Below, piece by piece: positions 27,105 to 39,500 of a stretch of 64,000 nt of DNA (positions are counted from its first letter, which is position 1; each line of letters opens with the position of its first letter). The translations under genes were made by a program, and so were the position numbers. A model generated the notes under the pieces. The model made no database searches, was not told the origin of the DNA, and was given only the letters and a program-made list of their open reading frames with translations. The stretch is taken from the NCBI RefSeq assembly GCF_006345805.1, contig NC_042998.1, positions 100,564,001-100,628,000 of the forward strand, given 5' to 3'. Source of the stretch: Octopus sinensis. Lineage: Eukaryota.

Positions 27105-28562
27105 AACAACAAACAAGATGAGGACAAATATCCATCAATTATAAATAATGTACAAGTTACTTAGTGACCTCACTGCTGCCATGTAAATTCTACCCAGTAC
27201 ACTCTGCAAAGTGGTTGATGTTAGGAAGGGCATCCAGCCATAAAAAAAACCCATACAAAAACAAACAGCAGAGCTTGGTGTAGTCTTCTGACTTGCCTGT
27301 TCCTGTCAAACCATCCAACCTACACCAGCATGGAAAATGGACATTAAATGATGGTTGTAAGAATTTTCCATGCACCATTCAGTACATTTCTTATTATTAT
27401 ACCTATTTCAAATGATGCTAAAAGCTTATTTAAGTTATTTCTCATTCCTTAATTTTATTTCTTATTGCAGTATGTTATTTTAAAGTACCCCTTCTTTTTT
27501 ATTTCATTTTTTTAAAATACTTAAAAGCGGAGAAAGACAGCGCCTATTTCACAATCTGTAAAACTGGTAAGAGAAATGAAGGGAATTATCTTCAGACTGG
27601 AAATCTGAAGAAAGGAAATGAAATTCATTGTAACAATCCCATTTTATTAAAGGTGTTTACTTTACTAACTGTTGTAATAGTGTAGAGGTGGAGCAAAGGG
27701 ATAATCCTTCATAACAAGATTTGAACTAAGAATCCCAAAGAAGGAAATTAAATATTGTAAAGCATTTAATCTGGTGCTTTGTTTTTCTTGTGAATAAATT
27801 TTTTTAAAGCCACTTAAAAGGTGACATATTTAATTACTTGTGCGATAAACAGAGCCAGCTGCTTCTTGTTTCATGATCAAAGAGGATATGTTGACAGGTG
27901 ATCAAACATATTGACATTTTGCTAAGAAAACCTGGGACATAGCTGTTGTTGCATAGTCCTAGGTCAGCCCTGACTGAATAAATCTATGGCCAAAAGCATT
28001 CCAGGCTTGACCATCCCATCTTTTATTCAGTGTACCTAGGACTGCATTATCTAGTGTGTCCTAGATGGTGTATGATTTGGGGAAGATTTGGCTGCTATTT
28101 CTACAGGTCAAGTGACTGCATAAACTTTCCTTGTTGGCCCACTGAGACATAATTAATTCTAACAGTTAAGTGAATAGAATCATGCAACCAGGCTTCACCC
28201 TTCAGCATTTAGATTACTGGTCAAATGTAATGCTTATTTATTCCTGTTGTATTAATCATGCAATGTCTTGTGGCATCAAGATTTTGATGATGAGGGTAGC
28301 TGTGAGAGGCAGGATCTGATCCATTTCAATGTAAAATAGGTAGAATATTTTGGCTGGTTTAAATTCTAAAGTTGTTAAACTCCCAAACTGTAAACCTATT
28401 CTCCAAAATATCATTTTAACTCCACTTCTACTAAATAACCTTCCTAAAAGAAGCTACCAAGGAACTTCAGGCCTGTTAGAAATAGCAACCAAATCACCAT
28501 TATATCATACCCACTGACTTAAAAATGTGGGAAAGGATAAACTGTAAAATATATCATATAGA

Positions 28563-28780
28563 AAAGTGGCAAGCTGGCAGAAACATTAGCATGCCGGGCA
28601 AAATGCTTAGTGGTATTTTGTCTGTCTTTACGTTCTGTGTTCAAATTCCGCCAAGGTCGACTTTGCCTTTCATCCTTTCGTGTTGATAAATTAAGTACCA
28701 GTTGCGTTCTGGAGTCGATGTAATCGACTGGTCCCCTCCCCCAAAATTTTGGGCCTTGTGCCTAGAGTAGAAAAGAATAT
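28563..28780 (+). mobile_element. tRNA-derived SINE family B
   Basis: GCTGGCAGAA head, GTTCAAATTCC B box, and GTCGACTTTGCCTTTCATCCTTTCG...AAGTACCAG core. Confidence 0.8.
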
Positions 28781-29289
28781 ATCATATAGAAAACCAAAAA
28801 GAAATATAATGTTAGGATGGTCATGGCATGAGAGCATTTGATCAAAAGTTGACTCAAAGCTAACTCAGGGCTAAGCAACAGCAACCTTTGAAATATGTGT
28901 TAAACAGAGAAAAAAACCCATTTTTTAAAAAGCTATTATTAATACAGGGAATGGACAATAGACTTGGTAGAGCAATGGATAAAATATCTCATTTTTGATA
29001 TTTGCTCACATCCCTTACATTTTGAGCTCAAATCCTACTAAGGTTTCATTTTACTTTTCATCTGCCTGAAGTTAATAAAATAGGTATCGGTCAATAAAAA
29101 TAAGCACTGGAGTCAATGTAAGCATTAATATTCTAGAAGGCAGTGCTTCAGTATGGTCACATTCAAGTGAGTGAAAAAAATTAAAAAGACTGATAAAATG
29201 TTGTGATAAACTATAGTGTAATTCATCAATAACTGCAGTTTCTGGAGCTGAAACATCAGTAACATTTCCTAAAGGAGTATACACTGAGA

Positions 29290-29760
29290 TGGTTTTTAGA
29301 TATTTTTATCAGGGCCTGTTCCACCAGGGCTACAGTTCTGGGAAGGAAGGACCAGATGAATTTGGTAACAAATATGAGAGAAGATAGGAGAAAAGACAGG
29401 TGTTGTGGGGGAAATGACTGTAACAATAATATAATAGGCAGAGAGAGGCAATAGCAAGAAAGCTAATGCTTGTAGTGTATTGGTGAAGGCATCATTAACA
29501 GAATGGCCTGCATCTGGTTGTTGTCTACAAGCATCTTGCCACTATGTGGTATGAGTACCATGTGAACAGTACACCAAAGTGGGTTTTAGTTTCTGACCCT
29601 GAAAGATCATTAAGGAGTGAGAAGCCTAGTATTTGTAAACAACTTTAAGGGTTACAATGGTGCATTGGTGGTAAAGTATAGCAGCAACTGTGTCTTTGTA
29701 CTATTCAAAGAGATGAGGTTGTAAGGTTATTATTCATGTTAATGCTGCAGATCTGGTATA
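29290..29760 (-). mobile_element. CR1/L2-group LINE fragment
   Basis: Reverse complement resembles 26190-26280 (CAAATTCATCTGGTCCTTCCTTCCCAGAACTGT). Confidence 0.5.
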
Positions 29761-31154
29761 AGAAGCTTACATTGTGTGTGGATAATGCCTGTGTCTAGAA
29801 CATTTAGGGATAAAGTGCGATATCATCTGCATAGGTGTTCAGGTAGTTTAAAATGACAACACATAGGTCAGTGATTCTTAATTGGGATCCATATGACCCT
29901 TAGAGGTTCATATAAAATTTAGTTGCTAAAATTTATCAGCAATAAATTGGTTATACTTTCACAATAAATAAAAAAATTTTTAAACAATTTTTGATATAAA
30001 ATTCCTAATAATATTTAATTATAAAAATATAATAGGTTTTTTTTAAAACATCAAATAGCTATGGATGTCCACCCAAACAAAATAGGACTCAAAGAGGTCA
30101 ACACATAAAAAATGGTAAAGAAACACTGATATAGATCATTAAAGCATAGGAGTGTGAAGGACATCACCAGACCTAGAGATACAACAGAATTAGGGAATAG
30201 CAGTTGGAGACAATCATTCATATGTTCATTAATAGATGGAGAGAGGCAAAAGAAAAAAAGACAAAAACAAAAAATCATTTCTGATTATTTATTTAATTTT
30301 TTTTTAAAAAGCAAACATTCTATAATACAATATGTGAATAATAAACATATTCAATAGAAATATGAAATAAAATTGATATTGCTTAGTCTCTTTCCAGAGA
30401 CAAAAATGTAGAGAACCACCATCAGCTTTTAGTTGAATATAATGTATTTTGTACTACATATGTTAGTGAGAACCACAAGATTTATTTTGAGTTGACTTTA
30501 AACAGAAATTTGTCACTTGATTGATTGACTCATTAATTAAAACTAGAAACTCTTTGGCTTCTTTAGCTGAAGTTTAAGTTTTGCTTGGTGGCCAAGATTC
30601 TGCAGAACTATTTATAGAAATTTGGTGCAATCTTTCTAAATAGGAAGTAAGAAAAAGCTAAATCTTTTTTTTTTTTTTTTTATTAAATTAGAAATATCTA
30701 TTCTTTCAACATGAAAACAATGTTAGAAATAGTGAAATTTAATGTAGTAAATAGTGAAAATTAAAATAATTTCAATGAGTGAAGTTATATATATATACAT
30801 ATGTATATATATATATATATATATAACTTACGAAATTTTAATTTAGAGCTATCTTTTCACTGTTAAAAATCAAAAATGTTAAAGAAAAACACAAAGGTTT
30901 TTAGTATTATATTAGAACACATAAACATTAAAAAGTTTAATTGTTAAGGTTATATAAAAAAAAATCAAAAGAATAAATACTAAAGTGAAAATAGAATATA
31001 TAGCTAGATTCTAAAACAATTTTTACAAAATTTTTCATCCCAATTTTCTTAAGATTAAACCTAAAGAAAAAAGGTTCACTGTATTTGTTATAATAAATAT
31101 ATATAATTTTGAACATGCTGTCAAATTTGACAATATCTGAAGTTTAGTCTCTAA

Positions 31155-33073
31155 TATACTGGGATGCCAATTTTGGCAAAATTTATTTCCTTCCCAAATT
31201 GAGGCAAAAGTGTACTTGTTGGTATCACATTGAAAGGTAAGAATTTAAATTACAACTTCAGCTCAAGGGGACAATAGACAGCCCAATAGGAAGCATGTAA
31301 GAGATTTGAGAAGCATGACTGTGTTTTTGATGGAAGTGGCAATATTCAAATAGCTCTAATATTTGTGTTGAGAGTATGATCTGAATATATTTGGTGTCAT
31401 TTGGTTTGAAATGAAGATCTACACTCATATTTATAATTAGTTTATCCCTATAAGGTACTGTGTCTACAATATCAATATGAATTATTTAACATCAGGTTTA
31501 TTTAGAGATAATTCAAAAATGGCAAGGAACAAGAAAAAACCTCACAAAAAGCTCCAAAAGATAAACTAAAAGCAATAAGAAAATGTAATATCAAGTAAGT
31601 TTACATAATACATATGAATAATAAAGACAATCCCTTCAAATCATCAACAAACTCCAAACAACCAGAATATAAAGAAGACAAATATGAAATGCATTAAATG
31701 GAAGTGAAAGGAACTGGGAGAATGATTCCTATTAGTGAAAACCCTACCATCTTAAAGTACTGAATTCTAACTAGTCCTGAGATTAGCTGTTGTGAAGAAT
31801 AATTCACAGAAAGAAGAGGCAATGAAGAGCTTGTCATCATGAAGAAAGAAGTGCAACTCAACATCATCTTTAGCTCAATCTAGAATTGAGGGAGCAAGAA
31901 AAATATAATTACTTCTAGAAAAGAAATACTTGAGAAAAATTATATCTTTTTCAAAGTGTCAATCAAGAAAAATCTACGAATGGTTTTCTATGGAAATTTC
32001 AACAGAAAACATCACTTAGTCATACAGCATACAAATTCAAGCTTAAAAGAAACAACACTCAAAGCAATGACTCTCTTTTACACTTTCTCTTGATCAGACA
32101 GCACATCAACTTTTAAGCTTAATAGGAAACTATACTGCTGAGAGATGAATGACAGAACTTGTCACATAACTGATATCACAGTTGCAGCTAGCACACCATA
32201 TCATCAAAAATTACAGTAGAAAGAAGTTGTGATGCAGCTTGTCTGCAGGCTGTATTCCAATGAAAATTATGTTGATGATACCACTGTTGATTTCTTGAGA
32301 ATGAAAATGTTCAGTCACAAGACAATGGATAAGAAAAGACTAACTCCAACAGCTGACATTTTAAACCAGCATCTCAAAGGGAGCATCTTTCAAGTAGATA
32401 TATTTGGATAACATCCTGTGAGTGATGGTACTTGTGCAAGACACCTACAATCATGGATTGAGAAAGACAGGAAGCTGGTTCTAACTTGGACAACTCTAAT
32501 CTTTGCAAACAATGTCTTTGATCTTGATGTAAAATGTTCCTACACAAAAACATGACCATTTTTCGTATATTCATCACAAATTTTAAAACACTTTTCACAA
32601 TTTATAAAACATTTAATGCATTTAATCATTGTCTTCTTTAAACTTTGCCTGTTAAAAGACTTTGATGAATTAAGAGTGTATATAACATCATATAAACACT
32701 GTCTGATATTAAATTCGATTACTTTTTTGTTGTTAAATATTTTCAAATCATCTCCAAAATAACCTGATGTTAAAAGATTTACTCTATAAACACAGTATCT
32801 TATGGAGCTAAATAAGCAATCTCTTTTTGAAAGCAAGTGAACCCCAGATATATTTAGACTGGACCATCAACTCAAATGTTAAAGCTTTTTGGATATTGTC
32901 ATTTTTCATGTAAACATGGGCTTATGTGCCATTCAGCCCTACATAATTACAATTGGGTTGATCATTGTCGATTCAGATTGAAGTTGTAATTTCATTTTTT
33001 ACCTTTAATGTAATCACTGAAAGTAAATATTTGCATCAATTTGAAATAACTGGTTGTTGGGGCACCCTGACTA
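31155..33073 (+). mobile_element. Decayed DNA transposon with long imperfect TIRs, probably Academ (AcademX)-like
   Basis: 31185-31290 is similar to the reverse complement of 32955-33045 (CAAATTGA.GCAAA, AAAGGTAA...AAATTACAACTTCA). Internal remnants QLVCRLY...RLTPTADILNQHLK...W..LVLTWTTL...DVKC recall the XPG-like/Cys-rich C-terminus. Confidence 0.5.
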
Positions 33074-33239
33074 CAAGGAATACTCTCATTTACTGATAAC
33101 AACCCACTCAACATAACTGATAGTATATTCTTTACTGACTCCCAGAATGGAGCTGTACAGACATGTAATTCAAAGATTAGTAAATATCATATTGAAATGG
33201 GTGCACTCCAAGACCATGAAATCTTGCTTTATAAAAGTT

Positions 33240-33245
33240 TTTATT
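33240..33245 (-). terminator. Putative TUSC2 polyadenylation signal AATAAA
   Basis: AATAAA on the minus strand about 200 nt after the stop codon. The context is AT-rich, so a chance match is possible. Confidence 0.35.
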
Positions 33246-33440
33246 TTTACTTTAACAAAGAGTGCTGTGAGGTAATTTGTGTTGGCCTGATTTGCTTTAG
33301 AATATCATATCACTATGTGTTTGTGCTTCTCTGCCTGTCTCTCACCAAAAGCACTGTGATTTGTCCTGCAATTTCAGACATGCTTGAGCAAGATCTCCAA
33401 TCACTGTTTGGAATGGGGTGAAAGATCATATCCCAGACCA

Positions 33441-33515
33441 TCACAAGTCTGGGGCTTCACAAATTACTATAGGGAAGTCAACATGTAGTCGTGGAAATGG
33501 AAGCTCAATTTCACC
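33441..33515 (-). CDS. TUSC2: TUSC2 coding exon 3 (75 nt to TGA)
   Basis: Acceptor TTGTTATTTTCTAG; encodes GEIELPFPRLHVDFPIVICEAPDL*. Confidence 0.93.
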   Translation of the reverse strand, partial: GEIELPFPRLHVDFPIVICEAPDL

Positions 33516-36500
33516 CTAGAAAATAACAAAAACAGAAATATTAGAAAACAGAGCTATTGATTAAATGGTGGCAGTTTGAGACATCTCAACATTAAACAAT
33601 CTCTAAACAAGGAAAATGTATTCTATTGACATTGTTGATATTAATAATGCAGTAAAATTTACATATAGAATCTAAAGGTAAAAACAATCAAATTTTATGT
33701 TTTATATCTGTATATATCTTCCTAATTAACATCTCTGCTATAAATTACGCTAATTTGTCATTATAAATTTAAACATCAAGTTTAGCCTATTACAGCTCCA
33801 ATTACCGATAAAGTTACCTCCCTTCTATGTAGTAATTTCAATAGCTGATGAATAATTTTTCAGTCATGCACTAAGTTCAAACAATGAAAATATACTGAAA
33901 AAAGATAATATTGCAGACATAAGGGTATAAAATCAACGTTTATAAGCTACTTTACGTAAAACCGATCAAACCATGAAACAAAACGAATAAACATTGGTAA
34001 GTACCTTTCAGTGACACATCATCTCTAGACACCTTGGACCTATAAAGTGACACACCATCTCTCTGTGATACTACAACACAAACTTCACCTAACAAAATAC
34101 CTCTGTATTACATACCACTTCTAAGTGACACACTACTTTTCTGTCAGTATTTCTCATTCAGAGAATGCTGTGGGATGAAGAGGGGAGGAAAAATTGCCAT
34201 GTTAAATAAAATTAAAATGATTTCAAGCTTTTCAACTTGTTAATTACCATAGTTAAAAAAAAATTATAGAAAGCAAACTCACATTTATCTTTCCAGTAAT
34301 AAAGAGTGGGGAGGACAAAAATAATGTCACTAATATGTTTTTTTTTTACCAGAGTCTAGTATTTGCCAGACTGAGAATTACTCCTGTAAGTGACATATCA
34401 CTTCTAAGAGACACGCCAGCTCTAGAACATATACATTTTCTAAGTTCTCAACACCTAAAACAACTAGTTTAGTCTCATAAGCACTGTTACTTTTAACAAA
34501 AAGCAAACCCACCAACCTACCTGCGCTATCAAGTTCCGCTCTTGTTTACGCATCATGCGCTTCTTCCCCATTCGGTCGAGAAATACTTCTTCGTAAAATT
34601 CATGCGCAAGATCTCCATCTTCATCAAAATACATTGATCTGTAAATGAAAAAAAAAAAAAAGATTAAGGGAATGGTTAAAGTAATTGGGTTAACAACTTA
34701 AAATTATTATGTTTTTTTCATTTTGCAAACCATGCTTTCCTTTTTTGTCTGGATTCAAATCCCACCAGGACTGACTGTCATTCATCTTTATGGATTCAAT
34801 AAAATCAACTGTTCCTTTCAACTTTGTTTGTCAATAGGATCAATTCAATTAGCTGTTCCATTCCTTTAGAACAAAAGAACAAACCAACTACTGGAGTTGA
34901 TTTCATCAAGCAATCCCAGCCCTTGGAACGAGTCGAGTACTGGGGTCAATTTAATTGACTATTCTTGCCTTCTTTATTTGTCAAATATTGGGTTTGGCTT
35001 AATCAAATATTTCCTCCCTCAAAATTTATGGCACTGTATTGAGGTTAGAAAAATCATTTAATCATGATATTGCTTTTTCAATTCTTTTTTTTTTACAAAA
35101 GCAAAATACCCTACATTTGTAAGGAAGAACTTTGGTTGACAGAATTAACCCAAAGAGAATAAAAACAGATTCTGTTGCTGTGTGGTTAAGAAGCTCACTT
35201 CACAACACAGCTCTGAGCCTGATCTCACTGAGTGATATCTTAGGCAAGTGTCTTCAATCATAGTCTCAGGTTGCCCAATGCATTGTGAACAAAAATTTTA
35301 TATACAGTGCTCCAGAATGGCTGCAGTCAAATGAATGAAACAAGTAAAAGAGTAAAATAAAAACACAAAGAATGTGTAGAGGCACATCTTATTCATGTAC
35401 ATATGCATACAATGTCTGCCAATAGACACTGGCATGGAAACTACTAAACAGAAGCATTTAATTCAAACAAAGTACTTTGTGGTTTCTAGTTCATCTGAGC
35501 CACAGTAACTCTTCATTGTCAAAGAAATAAAGTGAAAGTGTCGGAAAGCTATAACCAAAAGCATTACTGCTTGCAAAATACATGATTATATATATAATAT
35601 ATATAACTTTTATCTTTTACTTGTTTTAGTCATTTCACTGTGGCCATGCTGAGGCTACATATTCTTTTATTTATTTCAATCATTTGAATGCACCACTTTG
35701 AAGGGTTTTAGTCGAAGAAATCAACCACAGGTCTTATTCTTTGTAAGCCTGCTACTTATTCTATCAGTCTCTTTTGCTGAACTGCTAAGTTATGGAGACA
35801 TAGACACACCAACATCAGTTGTCAAGTGATGGTGGGGAACAAACACAGACACACACACACACACATATACATACATGCATAACAAGAAAACTTTCCCTCA
35901 CCCTACCCCAACAAACCAATCAACATCTCTTTCTCGCATTTCCTCCTTCATAAACTATGCCTAGCTCTCACTCCCCAATCCTATCCTCACACTCCTGTTC
36001 CTCTGTATTGCTGCTACCCTGTAGCCACTCCAACTCTATATATACCCAGGTCTTTTGCCACTTACTTGCACTCTTTAATCTCACTCCCTTCACAATATCC
36101 TGTCACTTATATTATGGTATTTGAACCTCAAGGATATGTCCTGGTACTTGCCACCATCTATATCTCTCTCTTCCTTTACTCAACCATCTCATTTATACTC
36201 TGATCCCCATTCCTTGTGTGTATGCCTGGCATTTTTCCACCATCTCTATCCTGCGGTCTCCCACTCTCACTCTCCCTTTCTCCTGCACTTCTCTCAGGTT
36301 GGGCAACCATGTATTTTCTTTGCAATAGCACACCTGTTTCTGTTTTCATTCCTGATCTTTCTCTCTCCGGCTGGGTAACCTTGTACTAGGTGAATGGACA
36401 TTGAAAGTGAAGTAGACTGAGGAAAGTGTGGAGGAGGAGATTGGGAGAGTTGGTTTAAGAAGGGAGGACGCCCAAAACCAGGCAAGATGGTGAGATAGTG

Positions 36501-39500
36501 TGAGGGCGGTTGCTATGGCATTGAGGTAGATCCAGCCACCCCCATTAACGGGGACGAAACCTGAATTCAAAATGATGGATGATGATATATCTATATACTG
36601 GTGCAATGTAAAAAAGCACCCGTACCAGTGCCATATGAAAAGCACCCAGTATACTCTGTGAAGTGGTTGGTGTTAAGAAAGGCACTCAGCTGTATACACC
36701 AAGCCAAAACAGACAACTAGAGTACCTAGTGCAACTCTCCGGCTGGCCACATTCTATCAAACCATCCAACCCATGGAAAACTGACAATAAATGATGATGA
36801 TTTAAATATAGAATATCGAAAAAAGAAAACAAAACTAGATACTGCAAAGTATTTAATTGGACATGCTATCATTTGCATCAATTTTCAATCCTACAATAAT
36901 ATAATGATTTTAAACCTTTTGAGAAATTCCTATCTTCAAGGCTAATAGATTAAAAAATAAAACATACAACCAATAATTTAATATTATTTTGTATATTATT
37001 GATACAGTAGAATTAACTAAACTGATTGGCATCTGGTGGTTGGAGTACTGCTTTTATAGGCACAAGAGTGGCTGTGTGCTAAGTAGCTTGCTTACCAAAC
37101 ACATGGTTCTGTGTTCAGTCCCATTGCATGGCACCTTGGGCAAGTGTCTTCTACTATATTCTCGTGCCGACCAAAGCCTTGTGAGTGGATTTGGTAGACG
37201 GAAACTGAAAGAAGCCTGTCGTGTGTGTGTGTGTGTGTATATATATATATGCATGTGTATATTTATTTGTCTGTGTCCCTCACCCTCACCATCACCACCA
37301 CCATTGCTTGACAACCAATGCTGGTGTGTTTACATCTCTGTAACTTGGCAGTTTGGCAAAAAAGGACTGATAGAATAAGTACTAGGCTTACAAAGAATAA
37401 ATCCTGGAGACGATTTGTTCAATTAAAGGTGGTGCTCCAGCATGGCTGCAGCCAAATGACTGAAACGAATAAAAAAAATTTGTATACATACATACATGTA
37501 ATCATTGTCATTGTTTTATGACCACCTTTCTAGGGAGGCATGTTCAGGATGGATTTTTTTGGAGGCAATGTTTTATGGCCAGATGTCCTTCCTGTCACTA
37601 ACATTTACTGATCATCTCTTGACATACAGAGATGCTGAGTACCAATCATGAGCATGTGTGTATTTGTGTATGTGTGTGTTTATATACATACATACATACA
37701 TACATATATATATACATACATACATATTATATATATATACTTAAGATTAGATTAGTGCTTCATCATAGTTTAGCAACCATTATATCAGCCTATGCTCCTC
37801 AGTCGGGGCTACCCGATGGACAGAAAGACCGATTCTATGACACTCTACTGCAGACTACCTCATTGACGAACGACAGAGACCTTATCTTTGTGGCTGGTGA
37901 CTTCAATGGTCACGTTGGACGACATGCTGGGGGCTTCCATGGCGTACATGGAGGCTATGGCTATGGCTCCCGCAACGAGGAGGGAACCAGGCTGCTGGAG
38001 TTCTGCGATGCAAATAATCTTATGATTTGCAACACTAACTTCAGGAAACCTACCAGCCACCTAGTCACTTACCAATCGGGCCAACATACCAGCCAAATTG
38101 ACTACATCCTTACAAGGCAAAGGGAGAGATGGCTGCTTATAAATGCCAAAACCTTCCCAGGTGAAGAATGTACCCCACAACATAGACTGGTAGTTAGTGA
38201 CTTTAGGATCAGGACTAGGAGGACAACCAGAAGACGACAAATATGGAGAAGAAGGATCTGGAAGCTTAAAGATCCTGCAAATGGACAGAGATTTAGGGAC
38301 ATATTACTTGAAGCCTCTGACGAAGTAGAAGGGGATAGAGCATCACAGGGGGTAGAAGACAGCTGGACGTTTCTAAGGGACAACCTGCTGAGAGCCACTG
38401 ACCAGATCTGTGGCTGGTGCAAAGTCCCCTCTCGACCTAGAATAACGTGGTGGTGGAACAATATTGTAGACAGGGCTATTAGAGAAAAGAGACAGGCTTG
38501 GAAGGTCTGGAAAAATGGGGGTAGCAGGGAATTGTATCAAACTGCCAAAAGAGAAGCTAGGAGACAGGTTTATTTAGCCAGAGGGGAAGCAGATAAGAAA
38601 AAATTTGCCAATGTTCTGCGCCGTGAGGACCAAAGACTGGAGGTGTTTCATGTTGCAAGACAGTGTGTGAGAGAGAATCGTGATGTGGTAGGAGAGAAGT
38701 GTGTTCGCATGGAAGATGGTTCACTTGCGCTAAATGAGGATGCAAAGAGAGAGGTTTGGAGATGCCACTATGAAAGGTTGCTGAATGAAGAAAATGAATG
38801 GGATAAAGAGAGTCTGCCGAATGTTGACCCAACAGAGGGACCAGCTATCCGAGTTGATAGTTCTGTGGTAGCTAAGGCAATTAGAAGCATGAAGACAGGG
38901 AAAGCCCCAGGCCCATCAGGAATCACTGCAGAGATGCTCAAAATGTCTGGAAGTGTCGGCTATAGCCTAGTCACCCATATAGTTAATCAGGTGATACACA
39001 AAGGGGTCATACCCAATGACTGGTGTAGCAGTATAATAGTCAACTGCTACAAAGGTAAAGGTGATGCCCTAGATACAAATAACTACAGAGGTATCAAGCT
39101 GTTGGACCAGGTGATGAAGGTTACGGAGAGGGTCATAGCCCAACTAATTAGAGAGAGAGTTAGTTTAGATGAGATGCAGTTTGGGTTTGTGCCAGGGAAA
39201 AGTACTACTGATGCTATATTCCTGGTAAGGCAGCTGCAGGAGAATACCTAGCCAAAGATAAGCCCCTGTACCTGGCTTTTGTTGACATGGAGAAAGCCTT
39301 CGACAGGGTCCCCCGATCCCTTATCTGGTGGGCAATGAGAAAACTAGGGATAGATGAATGGTTAGTGAGAGCTGTGCGGGCCATGTATAGGGACGCCGCT
39401 AGTAGGGTGAGGGTTGGAAATGAGTACAGTGAAGAATTCCGGGTAGAGGTAGGGGTCCACCAAGGCTCAGTACTCAGCCCCCTCCTATTTATCATAGTCC

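Larger units (their letters stand above)
26777..27152. mobile_element. Head-to-head inverted pair of a tRNA-headed short retroposon carrying a hammerhead motif
   Basis: Minus arm 26976-26777: A box TGGCTTTGTGG, B box AGTTTGATTCC, (AAT)n, HHR motif, tail. Plus arm 26977-27152 repeats the element from the B box onward. Confidence 0.75.

Noticed and set aside
27519-27563. Minus-strand exon-like segment (FTDCEIGAVFLRF)
   Set aside because: Every frame hits a stop before the GT donor, and it conflicts with the plus-strand candidate; unresolved.
37632-37739. N-terminus of the 539-aa ORF as a real start
   Set aside because: It is read-through of TA/TACA microsatellite; the element is truncated within the endonuclease.
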